Origin: an uncultured virus (IMG/VR IMGVR_UViG_3300019287_000008)
Lineage: Duplodnaviria > Heunggongvirae > Uroviricota > Caudoviricetes
Virus record (IMG/VR): IMGVR_UViG_3300019287_000008
DNA length: 64,000 nt
Reading direction: 5' to 3' (one strand)
The notes under the pieces were generated by a model. That model was not told the DNA's origin. It saw only the letters and a program-made list of their open reading frames with translations, and did not search any database. Below, piece after piece: positions 55,685 through 64,000 of this stretch; position 1 is the first letter of the stretch; each line of letters opens with the position of its first letter. The translations under genes were made by a program, and so were the position numbers.

Positions 55685-56098
55685 TCAGACTTCTTTTATG
55701 CGGATACCGTGCCGAAAGAGCATAAGTTTCCGCTTGATTATATATTCCTTTGTTCTCACGCCTTTGGTGTCCTCTACGATTGTCTGCCCAGTCTCGTTGT
55801 CGGTATAGACAAAGTCGGCAATGTATCGGCAGGCGCGCTCGATCAGTTTTGGTTTTGCAATGCGTGAAGTCGCGGTGTCCACACTATACTGGGCAGGGAT
55901 AAGTTCAAAGGGCACTTGCTCACGGAGATTGGAGATAACCCCGGCGCGTTGCCACAACTTGAGTTGAACAGCGCGATTATGCTCCTTGCGAGAGGCGTGT
56001 TCGCCGACACGTTGCGCACCATATTTGTTGCGCTTCTTCGGCTCATACGCAGGGTTTCTCCGACCTCCGTTAGCAAATGGATTAGCACATTTAGCCAT
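55685..56098 (-). CDS. DUF1064-like PD-(D/E)XK endonuclease
   Basis: NKYGA...SRKE, LREQVPFELIP, YIADFVY, VEDTKG. Confidence 0.8.
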   Translation of the reverse strand: MAKCANPFANGGRRNPAYEPKKRNKYGAQRVGEHASRKEHNRAVQLKLWQRAGVISNLREQVPFELIPAQYSVDTATSRIAKPKLIERACRYIADFVYTDNETGQTIVEDTKGVRTKEYIIKRKLMLFRHGIRIKEV

Positions 56099-56534
56099 TA
56101 TCTGTGGATAGTTTAGCTTTATACACCTCAACCAGTTTGGTCTCAGTAATCGCCTCAATCTCGTAATCGGCCATGGTGCCGCGCATTCCGTCAATGAAAT
56201 TGTCGTAGGCTTCTTTGAAACTGGAAGCCTGCACAAGGATATACGAGGCTGTTTTCTTTTCGGTCGCGGTCTTTTCATCAAGTGTGATGAAGTTGATCTT
56301 AACCTTGTAGAACTTATCGCCAGTCTCATCCCAAAAGATTTCGGCAATCTTGGTTGTGACAACCGATGATATGCGGAAGTCTCCGCTGATGAAAGGCTGG
56401 AGTTCCTCAGTCACTCTTGCTTCTGCTTCAGTGCAGGACAGCGCGTCAGCGAGATAAGGTTCGGTTACTTTCTTGACCGAGCCGTTCTCCATCATCTTGT
56501 CGTAACGCGCTCTTACTTCAATCCACTGTGCCAT
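56091..56534 (-). CDS. DUF4494-like protein
   Basis: KKVTEPYLADALSCTEAEAR and ILVQASSF pattern. Confidence 0.75.
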   Translation of the reverse strand: MAQWIEVRARYDKMMENGSVKKVTEPYLADALSCTEAEARVTEELQPFISGDFRISSVVTTKIAEIFWDETGDKFYKVKINFITLDEKTATEKKTASYILVQASSFKEAYDNFIDGMRGTMADYEIEAITETKLVEVYKAKLSTDNG

Positions 56535-56805
56535 TGTTGAGTAGTTCTTTAAGTTCTTTACTGATTCTGAATTTCACGGTGCGGCGGGCAGGAACGACTA
56601 TCGGTTCTTTGGTCTTGAAGTGAACCGCATTGCGCTCTTCGCGCTGAACAACGGAGAGAGTGCCGAAGCCTCGCAGGGTTACTTCCTCGCCCTTGCTGAG
56701 TGCTTCCTTAATGACACGGAAAACTCCGTCTACTGCCTTGAATGCCGTTGAGAGGCATAGTTTCTCTGAAACTGCTACCTCTTTGGCTAAATCATTTTTT
56801 GTCAT
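56518..56805 (-). CDS. HU/IHF family DNA-binding protein
   Basis: MTKNDL...VTLRGFGTL...PARRTVKFRISKELK. Confidence 0.9.
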   Translation of the reverse strand: MTKNDLAKEVAVSEKLCLSTAFKAVDGVFRVIKEALSKGEEVTLRGFGTLSVVQREERNAVHFKTKEPIVVPARRTVKFRISKELKELLNNGTVD

Positions 56806-56953
56806 TTAGTTTTGATTTTAATTTAGTTGTCAACTGGTTTATCATGTGCGCCCGGCATTTGCATTTCTGCATGGGGAGCGCGTCATATAGCTTCGCTGCC
56901 TCATCGAGGTAGGAAATGACCTTTTGCAGGTCGGTCTTGCAAATGTCAGCCAT
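56792..56953 (-). CDS. Hypothetical protein (53 aa, not in ORF track)
   Basis: MADICKTDLQKVISYLDEAAKLY...; fills the gap between the helicase and HU, overlapping both. Confidence 0.55.
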   Translation of the reverse strand: MADICKTDLQKVISYLDEAAKLYDALPMQKCKCRAHMINQLTTKLKSKLNDKK

Positions 56954-58445
56954 CGGGGTCGGAGTTTAGGAAGAGGTTTGCAAGTTGGTTGAAATACATT
57001 TCATCGGTCGGAATATCATCGTCGGTACCCATAATCTGATTGGCGATTGATTTCTTCTTGTGAATGATGTCGTAGAGAGTTCGGTCAATGGTGTGCCGTC
57101 CGATGAGGTAGTAACAGGTTACATTGTCCTTTTGTCCTATGCGGTGCGCACGGTCCTCACACTGGCAACAGTCGGCATACGTCCACGGAAACTCCACGAA
57201 TGCCACGTTGGAGGAAGCCGTGAGGGTCAGTCCGACACCTGCCGCCTTGATGGAGCAGACGATAAGTTGAGCCTTGCCCGACTGGAAAGCGTCAACCGCC
57301 GCCTGTTTCATCATCATGGAGTCGCGCCCTGTGACGCTGACCGCTTTCGGGAATGCCTTCTTAATCTCATCTACAATCTCATGCAGGGAGCAGAAAAGAA
57401 TGAGAGGCTTGCCGTTAGCGAGGAATGTCTTAACGAAGTCCACCGCCTGCCTGACCTTCCCCTTTGAGGAAAGGGAGCGCAGGGTCATGAACTTGACCAA
57501 CGCTTCCATGCGCATTTTACGGCGTATGTCAATATCATCGCACTCGGTGTACTTGCGAAGATACTCAGCTAAATCCTCGGCCGCAAGTTCATATTCATCG
57601 CGGTTTGAGATGTCAACATAGAGGTCTGTCCGGGTCTTGTCGGGGAGCTGCGTCAGTACCTTTGCTTTCTCACGGCGTATCATACAGCGAGAGTAGAGTT
57701 CTTCCGAGAGGCGCTCAAGGTTGCGAGGCTCATCATCTTCATCCTTGCCCCGGCGTTCCTTTGAGATTTCGCCACCGCCGTAGTCGGCAAGGAATTTGGA
57801 TCGACCGCCGAACTCCGCAAGTCTGCCCATGATTGAGAGCTGCGCAATGAGGTCGGCAGGTCGGTTGACAACGGGCGTACCCGAAAGGAGTATGCGCCAT
57901 TGCTTGCCCTCAACAATGCCACGAGCAAAGATTGTCTGCTGTGCCGTGGGGTCTTTGACGCGGTGGCTCTCATCTATGATTACCGACTTGAAGAGATTGA
58001 TTTCGGGGCAGAACACAACATCTTTGAGCCGGAATGATTGTCCTTTGCGTGCGTGAATATCCCAAACGAAATATTTACGCAGACTTTCATAGTTGACAAC
58101 TGCTACATGGTGCATACCCATTCGCAGGAGATAGGGCCATGTGGTAAGCACGGAATTGTCAAGCACCAGTGCTTTTTTATCCGTAAATTTTTCAAACTCG
58201 CGTTGCCAGTTGATTTTGAGTGAGGACGGACAAATAACCAAGCAGGGATAAGCGTTTGCTGTGTCAACTACGCCTATGCTTTGGAGTGTCTTGCCCAACC
58301 CCGGCTCATCGCCGATAAGGAAACGCTTCCACCGCAGGCCTGCCTCGATACCTTCCTTTTGGTACTCGTAAGGCTCAACCTTTAGGTTTATCATTGCCTT
58401 GTGCTGAAGTTTGGAGGTCAGTTCAATATTTGTACTCGTGTCCAT
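56946..58445 (-). CDS. SNF2-family helicase
   Basis: DEPGLGKT, DESH, LSGTPVVN, QCEDRAHRIGQ. Confidence 0.92.
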   Translation of the reverse strand: MDTSTNIELTSKLQHKAMINLKVEPYEYQKEGIEAGLRWKRFLIGDEPGLGKTLQSIGVVDTANAYPCLVICPSSLKINWQREFEKFTDKKALVLDNSVLTTWPYLLRMGMHHVAVVNYESLRKYFVWDIHARKGQSFRLKDVVFCPEINLFKSVIIDESHRVKDPTAQQTIFARGIVEGKQWRILLSGTPVVNRPADLIAQLSIMGRLAEFGGRSKFLADYGGGEISKERRGKDEDDEPRNLERLSEELYSRCMIRREKAKVLTQLPDKTRTDLYVDISNRDEYELAAEDLAEYLRKYTECDDIDIRRKMRMEALVKFMTLRSLSSKGKVRQAVDFVKTFLANGKPLILFCSLHEIVDEIKKAFPKAVSVTGRDSMMMKQAAVDAFQSGKAQLIVCSIKAAGVGLTLTASSNVAFVEFPWTYADCCQCEDRAHRIGQKDNVTCYYLIGRHTIDRTLYDIIHKKKSIANQIMGTDDDIPTDEMYFNQLANLFLNSDPDG

Positions 58446-58451
58446 AATAAT

Positions 58452-59348
58452 TCATTCACAAAGTCCATGATACAAGGATACGCAAGACATTATAGGTTCA
58501 GTCTCATCCCAAAGAGTAGGCTGGTTCTCATCTTTAAGCACATATTCAGAAACCTCCCCAAAGGTTGGTGATCCATTACTATTTTGGTTACAAAATCTTG
58601 CAGGAATTTTACCTTTGCAAAAGAATGTTGCCTCATTTCCATTATCTCGTTTTGAGTTAATGGTGTTTTCAAGGTCAATAACTCGTTGTTTGTATTTCTC
58701 ATCACGAGCCACTATCTTGATTTCGTTCAACCTCGCAAATATACATGGAAAACATCCCACTCTTGATGCTCCCCGTTCATACAACGGGTTAGGACGTTGT
58801 CCATGAGACAATATATAGTCAATCACTTGCTGCGCAGACCATGAAAAAATTGGACGAAGAACTGAAGCATCGTGCATATTACACCATTTCCTAACGTCTT
58901 GTTTTCTATATAACCGCTTCTTAACTGAAGTATCGAAGTAATCTTTGAAATATGAGCATTCAACATCAAACTTGACCCTTTCAGCACTTTCTTTTGCCCG
59001 AATACCCTGTAAGATTATCATGTGTTCATCCTGCGCAAGTATCCAGTCTATCATAGGATATACTTTCAATTGCACTGTACACATCCTATTTTTGGCATCG
59101 GGGAACCAGTTCATTCTACGATATAGCCCAGCCATGCCATCAACTTTGTTATTCTTGAGTATTACAAGTTTAACACCAAGAAGATTAACTATATTATGGA
59201 TGTGTTTATATGTTAATTCATGTTCCCAACCTGTATCACAAAAAATGGCTGTAACCTTATCTGCGCCGTATGTTTCGCAGGCTTTTATAAGGCAGGCTTG
59301 TGAGTCTTTGCCACCGGAAAACTGAACTATAATTTTTACTTTGCTCAT
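58452..59348 (-). CDS. PAPS-reductase-family (PP-loop) protein
   Basis: FSGGKDS, GIRAKES..R, RPIFSWS, NPLY...RVGCFPC. Confidence 0.85.
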   Translation of the reverse strand: MSKVKIIVQFSGGKDSQACLIKACETYGADKVTAIFCDTGWEHELTYKHIHNIVNLLGVKLVILKNNKVDGMAGLYRRMNWFPDAKNRMCTVQLKVYPMIDWILAQDEHMIILQGIRAKESAERVKFDVECSYFKDYFDTSVKKRLYRKQDVRKWCNMHDASVLRPIFSWSAQQVIDYILSHGQRPNPLYERGASRVGCFPCIFARLNEIKIVARDEKYKQRVIDLENTINSKRDNGNEATFFCKGKIPARFCNQNSNGSPTFGEVSEYVLKDENQPTLWDETEPIMSCVSLYHGLCE

Positions 59349-60001
59349 AATGTGAATGCCCAGTATTGAAAGGCAAGTTCCTCATACTTCTCGCGTCCAC
59401 GAGTGTAGATTGCATCGCCTCGGTTGATGAATAACTTGAAGATTTTGCAGTTCTTTTTGGAAATGGCATAGATGAAGTCTTTGTTACTTTGTGCTATGTC
59501 CATATACCAAGCGCGGGACCGGTCCCAGTCAAAGAAATCCACCGCCTGCTCAAACTCCGCTTGCGTGGCGCAGGCTGTAGTCTTGAGGTCTCCACCGAAT
59601 CGGGCAGCTTCCAGCCACCAATCCCATTTACAGCGAGTGGGAAGTGTGAAACGGAATCCGCCGTTTTCAAACTCCTGCGCCTTGTTAACCATGAACCGCT
59701 GTGTGTCGGCGAGTTCAAGTACTTTGGCAAGGAACTGGTCTCGGCGAGCCTCAGCCCGGAGAGCGCGTTGCATTTCGCGTGCATGAAGCCATTCGTCCTC
59801 ATTGACCGGTTCGCCATCAATTGTAGCGTGCAGGAAATCCACTCGCGAGGGTTCGGTGATGATAGCGTCGACGATAGACCCGAAGCGGAAAGCCGCCTCG
59901 CGGTCACCGAACATCGGGCGAGGGTGCAGGAGTTCTTTCAATGCAGTGAGGTCGGAGTTGCTGACCTCACTGCGCTGATAATATGCATCGGGATTGTTCA
60001 T
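59345..60001 (-). CDS. PD-(D/E)XK exonuclease-like protein (RecE-like)
   Basis: VSNSDL, FGSIVDAIITEP, RCKWDW...GDLKTT; in an operon with RecT. Confidence 0.7.
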   Translation of the reverse strand: MNNPDAYYQRSEVSNSDLTALKELLHPRPMFGDREAAFRFGSIVDAIITEPSRVDFLHATIDGEPVNEDEWLHAREMQRALRAEARRDQFLAKVLELADTQRFMVNKAQEFENGGFRFTLPTRCKWDWWLEAARFGGDLKTTACATQAEFEQAVDFFDWDRSRAWYMDIAQSNKDFIYAISKKNCKIFKLFINRGDAIYTRGREKYEELAFQYWAFTL

Positions 60002-60003
60002 GC

Positions 60004-61251
60004 TTACTTGGCTTTAACTTCCTCTTCGTAGTGTACGAACGGCGAACTGATGAGTTCGGGGCTGTCCTTGTCGTTGGCAAGTTTCTCGCAGAAGGTAATT
60101 TGCTTCTTGAAAATCTTGCAGAGTTCCTCCATTGAGAGGAAGCGACCCTCTTTAGACCACCACATAGACACTACAGCGAGCATACCTTCGGGGCTGTCGG
60201 TAACAATGCGCTTCTTCACGGCGGTTTTTGGCTGATAGCCTACCGGGGTAGCCACGGCGGCCTGGCCGAAGAGTCCGTCCATTTCGTTGGCGGTCTGCTG
60301 TGCTTTTTTTGCCGCCTGTGCTTCTTCTTCCTTGCGTCTGCGGTCCTCGTCAAGACGGCGAGCCTCTGCGGCCTCACGTGCTTCAAGTTCGGCTTTCATA
60401 CGCGCCTGCTCTTCGGCATTGGCTTTCGCCATGCGCTCCAGTTCGCGCTTCTTTGAGGGCAGAGCGTCAACAATGGTGTCGCGGTATTCGCCGACCTCGG
60501 AGGCGTATTGCTCTTTGAATTGCTTGGAGAGGCGGTTGAGGATAGACTGGCGAATGTCAATAGCCTCGGCATCGCTGATTTCAAACGGCTTGTGGGCGTA
60601 GGACTGGCAATGCTGAAACCACTCGTTGCCGAGGGTGACGTTGAAGTTCTTGATTTTCTCGCTAACCTCATCAAAGTTCTCGATCGTGAGCGACTGGTTG
60701 AGGCTTGTAAGGGTGTTTATGTCGGCGGTTATTTTTCCGTCAAACTGACGGCGGTAATCGTCTTCGGCGTTCTGCTGATAGTCCTTGGTCGCTTTCTCGC
60801 GCTGTTGACGGCGCAGCTCTTCTTGGCGTGCGCGTTCAGCCTCTTCACGTTTTTTGGCGGCATAAGTGTTACGCGCCTGCTGAATGAGGTAAGGAACAGT
60901 GTCCTTTTTGGAGGGGTCAATAGAGTTCTCCATGCCAGTGAACTCGGAACGTATCTGGTCAAAGAGTTTGGTAAAGGGCGCACGGCGTTCGTTCATCTTC
61001 GTTATAGTGCGCTTTGCTTTGAAAATGAACTCGGCGCAACGCTTGTCAAGTTCATCGGTCATGCCGTGCTGCTGAATCTCGGCGAGAAGATTCTTGCCAT
61101 AATCCGCGCAACGCATTGAGGACAGCGAGTTGATGTTGTATGCGTTCGGGGCAGATTGAACTATCATCTGCACATTCTCTTGGCGCAGGATAGGCAGGTT
61201 GGGGTTGGTTGTTTCTCCGCTTTGGCAGAGCGGTAAATCGTTTACACTCAT
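60004..61251 (-). CDS. Coiled-coil hypothetical protein of the recombination module (415 aa)
   Basis: Long ORF between RecT and the exonuclease. Confidence 0.7.
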   Translation of the reverse strand: MSVNDLPLCQSGETTNPNLPILRQENVQMIVQSAPNAYNINSLSSMRCADYGKNLLAEIQQHGMTDELDKRCAEFIFKAKRTITKMNERRAPFTKLFDQIRSEFTGMENSIDPSKKDTVPYLIQQARNTYAAKKREEAERARQEELRRQQREKATKDYQQNAEDDYRRQFDGKITADINTLTSLNQSLTIENFDEVSEKIKNFNVTLGNEWFQHCQSYAHKPFEISDAEAIDIRQSILNRLSKQFKEQYASEVGEYRDTIVDALPSKKRELERMAKANAEEQARMKAELEAREAAEARRLDEDRRRKEEEAQAAKKAQQTANEMDGLFGQAAVATPVGYQPKTAVKKRIVTDSPEGMLAVVSMWWSKEGRFLSMEELCKIFKKQITFCEKLANDKDSPELISSPFVHYEEEVKAK

Positions 61252-61275
61252 TGTACTTTGGTATTGTAATGTTTA

Positions 61276-62295
61276 TTAGAATACATCATCGCCACCGTCT
61301 GCGTTGTCGGCAGAGGCTTCGGGGTTGATTGTCACACCTGTGGAAGTGTCGGGGCCAGGAGCAAAACCAGTGTCCTGCTTGGGTAGGACTTCGCCTGTTG
61401 ATCTGTTGACGGTCGAGCCGTCCTCAAGTCCGTAGATGCCATCGTTGATTTCCATGTCATCGACCTGCTGAGACTCCAGTTGCGTTGCACGTCCGACACG
61501 CGCTTTGGGGTAGGTCTTGAAAGCGTGCTTGATACACTTGGCAACGAGGAAGCCAGTGTCAATCTTCAGAGAGCCGTCCTGCTGTTGTCCGTAAAGCGCG
61601 TTGGGTTTGAGGTTTGTCCACTGATGTTTTTCGTTATCCCATCGGGCATTATTGCGTGCAGAGTATCCTGCAAGGCGGCTCCAGTCCTCGGGAAGCATAA
61701 CGGAGTAGTCTATCGAACCATCTGCGCGTGTTATTTTCATGTAGCAGGCCACGATGTTGCCTGATGTGTGAGGATGACGACAAGTAAAGTTTACAAACTT
61801 GTTGCCGTTACGTTCTCCGTACTCAAACTCATCTTCGGCATAAACGATGATTGGGTTGTCGGCGTGACGTATCTGACCGACACGGGCGCGGTGCAGGAGT
61901 TCTCCGTAGCCGGAGATTGTGAGGATGCAGTGCGTCTCGTACTTGCTTTTCTTTTGTCCGTTCTCGTAGTATGAATCAACGGCTATAGAGCGAGATAGCA
62001 GATAACACTGTGCGCGTGAGCCGGGTTCAAGTGATAGCCCCGATATAGCCACATCGAGGAACGCTGTGAAGATTGAGAAGCGTGTACATTTTTTGCGAAT
62101 GTCCTCTTTCTCGCCGATAATGCGGTTGAAAAATCGGCTTTCACGCTCATAGGCAGCTACACCCGGAACGCCAGTGGTGGGAGTCCACATCGCTTCGTAG
62201 ATTTGAATGAACTTGTCGCGCACAAGTTCGTTTGTGGTGATGTCCTGCGGTTGCAGTTCGTTGATTTGCTCAACGGTAAGATTGATTTTACTCAT
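61276..62295 (-). CDS. recT: RecT-family single-strand annealing protein
   Basis: AFLDVAISGLSL, CYLL, LTISGYGEL, IVYAEDEF, KCIKHAFK; acidic tail. Confidence 0.8.
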   Translation of the reverse strand: MSKINLTVEQINELQPQDITTNELVRDKFIQIYEAMWTPTTGVPGVAAYERESRFFNRIIGEKEDIRKKCTRFSIFTAFLDVAISGLSLEPGSRAQCYLLSRSIAVDSYYENGQKKSKYETHCILTISGYGELLHRARVGQIRHADNPIIVYAEDEFEYGERNGNKFVNFTCRHPHTSGNIVACYMKITRADGSIDYSVMLPEDWSRLAGYSARNNARWDNEKHQWTNLKPNALYGQQQDGSLKIDTGFLVAKCIKHAFKTYPKARVGRATQLESQQVDDMEINDGIYGLEDGSTVNRSTGEVLPKQDTGFAPGPDTSTGVTINPEASADNADGGDDVF

Positions 62296-62326
62296 ACTTT
62301 GTGATACTTAAATGTTTGTTGTCTAT

Positions 62327-62408
62327 TGGTGGGAGAGGCAGGAGTCGAACCTGCAACCACCGACTTTCGTTAATCGGCCTCTATCCATTTGAGCTTATCT
62401 ACCCTCCC
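62327..62408 (-). tRNA. Non-canonical tRNA-like RNA with encoded CCA end (Arg-like)
   Basis: GGGAGGG/CTCTCCC acceptor stem plus ACCA; GCAGG-TTCGACT-CCTGC T-arm; GCTC-AAATGGATA-GAG D-arm; CCGAT/GTCGG stem with 8-nt loop TAACGAAA. Confidence 0.7.
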
Positions 62409-62422
62409 TAACTTGGCGAAGT

Positions 62423-62695
62423 TTACTTCGATAAGTAGTCCTGTTGTGTCCGTTGGAGCAGTCGCAGGTCTGCCGTGCGGTATTCCATTTTACCCGGACG
62501 CTTGCAGGGAGTGACTTTACCCTGCCTGCGCCACCGCTCCACGTTTGCCCTGCCAAAAATCGCAAAAGCCTTGTTTTGGCTGATGTATTCGGGGTCGTCC
62601 TTGAATTGTTGAAGCAATACGGCAACCTCGGCGGCTACATCTTTCACGAATACGCCATAGGGTACGCTCTTGTCGGCGAACTGGAGAAACATCAT
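62423..62695 (-). CDS. Excisionase-like/HTH DNA-binding protein (90 aa)
   Basis: YISQNKAFAIFGRANVERWRRQGKV...EYRTADL resembles MerR/Xis winged HTH proteins. Confidence 0.6.
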   Translation of the reverse strand: MMFLQFADKSVPYGVFVKDVAAEVAVLLQQFKDDPEYISQNKAFAIFGRANVERWRRQGKVTPCKRPGKMEYRTADLRLLQRTQQDYLSK

Positions 62696-62910
62696 TTGAC
62701 AGCACGCTGTTTGTATTCTCGCAGCTCTGCCATTGAAGCCTTGAACAGCAGGCGGTATCCGCTGACGTAGCCTATCATGCCGAAGCCGAGGGCGCAGAAT
62801 ATCTGATTGGCGACAAGGCAACGAATGCCGTAACTTACTCCGAAGAGTATCACGAGGACTGAAAATGCGACCTGCGCGATGAGGTATATCTTTTCTATCT
62901 TGTGTAGCAT
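62692..62910 (-). CDS. Small membrane protein (72 aa)
   Basis: Two hydrophobic segments; coupled to the next ORF. Confidence 0.6.
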   Translation of the reverse strand: MLHKIEKIYLIAQVAFSVLVILFGVSYGIRCLVANQIFCALGFGMIGYVSGYRLLFKASMAELREYKQRAVK

Positions 62911-62921
62911 GGCGGTGGGAT

Positions 62922-63164
62922 TTAATAGGGTTCAACTCCTGCCTCAATGAGTGCAGCTTCTTCATCCACAGAGCCGCACCAAGTATCGAGGTACTCGTTG
63001 ACGGCTGAATAGGTGTTGTCGGCGCGGTCGTATCCGCGTGCATCGCAGAAAGCATTCCACGATATTTCGCCACGGAGATTATCAAGAGCGACATTGTTGG
63101 AAGTGCAACCGGTCTGGGTCTGCAAGGCGGTTGCGAGTGCGAGAGTTATGATGTACTTTTTCAT
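62922..63164 (-). CDS. Small exported/lipoprotein-like protein (80 aa)
   Basis: MKKYIITLALATAL...GC signal-like N-terminus. Confidence 0.6.
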   Translation of the reverse strand: MKKYIITLALATALQTQTGCTSNNVALDNLRGEISWNAFCDARGYDRADNTYSAVNEYLDTWCGSVDEEAALIEAGVEPY

Positions 63165-63171
63165 TCTATTG

Positions 63172-63318
63172 TTATTTGTTGATGATGATTAAATCGGGGT
63201 GATATTTGAGGAGGTACTGGGTAAAGCGATATAGGCGATTGACCCAGTCGCCACGGGTGTCAATCAGATTGACAATGCGCTGTGCCTGCGCTCTCTTCTG
63301 CTCAGTGGTCTTCATCAT
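63172..63318 (-). CDS. Hypothetical protein (48 aa, not in ORF track)
   Basis: MMKTTEQKRAQAQRIVNLIDTRGDW...; ATGA overlap with the upstream ORF. Confidence 0.5.
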   Translation of the reverse strand: MMKTTEQKRAQAQRIVNLIDTRGDWVNRLYRFTQYLLKYHPDLIIINK

Positions 63319-63515
63319 TTTGCGTCTTTGTAGTTCTCCACATAGAGTTCGATTGTCTTGCTATCGGGGTCGAATAACCCTGCGCAGACCACAAATTCGG
63401 GAAGAGTGTGCCGAGCTGCGGTTATTACCTGTTTGGCGTTGTCGATGCTGACAACTGCCTCGCCCTCGTTGAAGAGGGAGCAAATCGCATAGAAGATTTC
63501 GTGATTGTTTGCCAT
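63315..63515 (-). CDS. Hypothetical protein (66 aa)
   Basis: ORF in the tightly packed early operon. Confidence 0.55.
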   Translation of the reverse strand: MANNHEIFYAICSLFNEGEAVVSIDNAKQVITAARHTLPEFVVCAGLFDPDSKTIELYVENYKDAK

Positions 63516-63518
63516 AGG

Positions 63519-63686
63519 TCAATAGGTGTTTAGGTACTCCATGTGTGAGCAGACGGCATATTGCCCTGCGTGACGTGTGCCTTTCGGCATTTTGAAAATC
63601 TCATCGCAACACGATACGTTGTTGCGCTTGCGGTCGCAAAGAGCCTGCTTTGCTTCTGCTTTTGACTTGAAATACTTTCGTGCCAT
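63519..63686 (-). CDS. Hypothetical protein (55 aa, not in ORF track)
   Basis: MARKYFKSKAEAKQALCDRK...; fills the gap in the operon. Confidence 0.5.
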   Translation of the reverse strand: MARKYFKSKAEAKQALCDRKRNNVSCCDEIFKMPKGTRHAGQYAVCSHMEYLNTY

Positions 63687-63696
63687 AGTCAATTAT

Positions 63697-63891
63697 TTAT
63701 TTCAGTCGGGTTATAGTCTGCACTCCTGCGCGGGTTGAGGTCTGAAACAGGTAGCCCTGCTCTTTGAGTTCTACACACGTCTTTGTGACGGTCTTGGGCT
63801 GATAGCCGTCGGGGGCTACACATGTTTCGCCGACTGTCATCCCTTTTAAAGCATCGGCGAGTGAGGCTGTTTTGAGTTTTTTTATTTCCAT
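63697..63891 (-). CDS. First early gene, possible Cro-like regulator (64 aa)
   Basis: ATG 63891 downstream of a TATCTTTG promoter (63938-63931). Confidence 0.55.
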   Translation of the reverse strand: MEIKKLKTASLADALKGMTVGETCVAPDGYQPKTVTKTCVELKEQGYLFQTSTRAGVQTITRLK

Positions 63892-63918
63892 TTCTGAGGT
63901 TATTTGGCTACTTTTTAG

Positions 63919-63971
63919 TAACTTTGAGTGCAAAGATAATCATAATTATGTTTCCAACATCATAATGATGT
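63919..63971. promoter_or_regulatory. Lysis/lysogeny switch region: opposing promoters and two operator-like repeats
   Basis: TAACTTTG (+, 63919-63926), TATCTTTG (-, 63938-63931); ATCATAATTATGT (63939-63951) and ATCATAATGATGT (63959-63971). Confidence 0.6.
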
Positions 63972-64000
63972 GTTATTTAACTATCTTTAACTCTGTTTGA

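Larger units (their letters stand above)
134..64000. mobile_element. Temperate prophage (Bacteroidales, probably short-tailed), right end outside the window
   Basis: Integrase, terminases, portal, capsid, tail, lysis, replication and recombination modules are all present; no tape measure or tail tube/sheath gene recognised; no repressor or attR in the window. Confidence 0.95.

Noticed and set aside
41991..62408. Link between the 8-nt-loop tRNA-like RNA and the RT +1 frameshift
   Set aside because: The shift site is a T-run (Ile/Phe/Ser codons), not clearly matched by the ACG-centred loop; no support beyond coincidence.

Overview
Almost the whole window is one integrated temperate prophage of a Bacteroidales-type host, judged by TAnnTTTG promoters, AT-rich translation starts and gene content. 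It begins just after the 3' end of a host gene (1-48) and continues past the right edge. From left to right: candidate attL and tyrosine integrase; an intergenic array of 11-bp repeats; small terminase; two ejection-like proteins; a 6329-aa polyvalent DarB-like protein (ParB-like, pyrophosphatase-like, PBECR nuclease-like, adenine methyltransferase, SNF2 helicase and metallopeptidase motifs); portal; large terminase; scaffold; major capsid; and a 2807-aa tail/receptor-binding protein. The C-terminus of that tail protein is the target of a diversity-generating retroelement (VR 40370-40485, TR 40656-40771, RT 40865-42013). A lysis cassette, three paralogous structural genes and a leftward early/replication region follow (C5 methyltransferase, radical SAM, helicase loader, initiator, HU, SNF2, PAPS-reductase-like, exonuclease, RecT). 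The most notable observations are: the DGR, which has no avd gene and whose RT is separated from a downstream domain by one extra T; a CCA-ending tRNA-like RNA with a distorted anticodon arm; an 8-copy upstream promoter motif at fixed spacing; an iteron-like array far from the initiator gene; a free-standing copy of the capsid N-arm; and a candidate nested gene inside the giant ORF. All product calls rest on motif recognition and gene order, not database searches.
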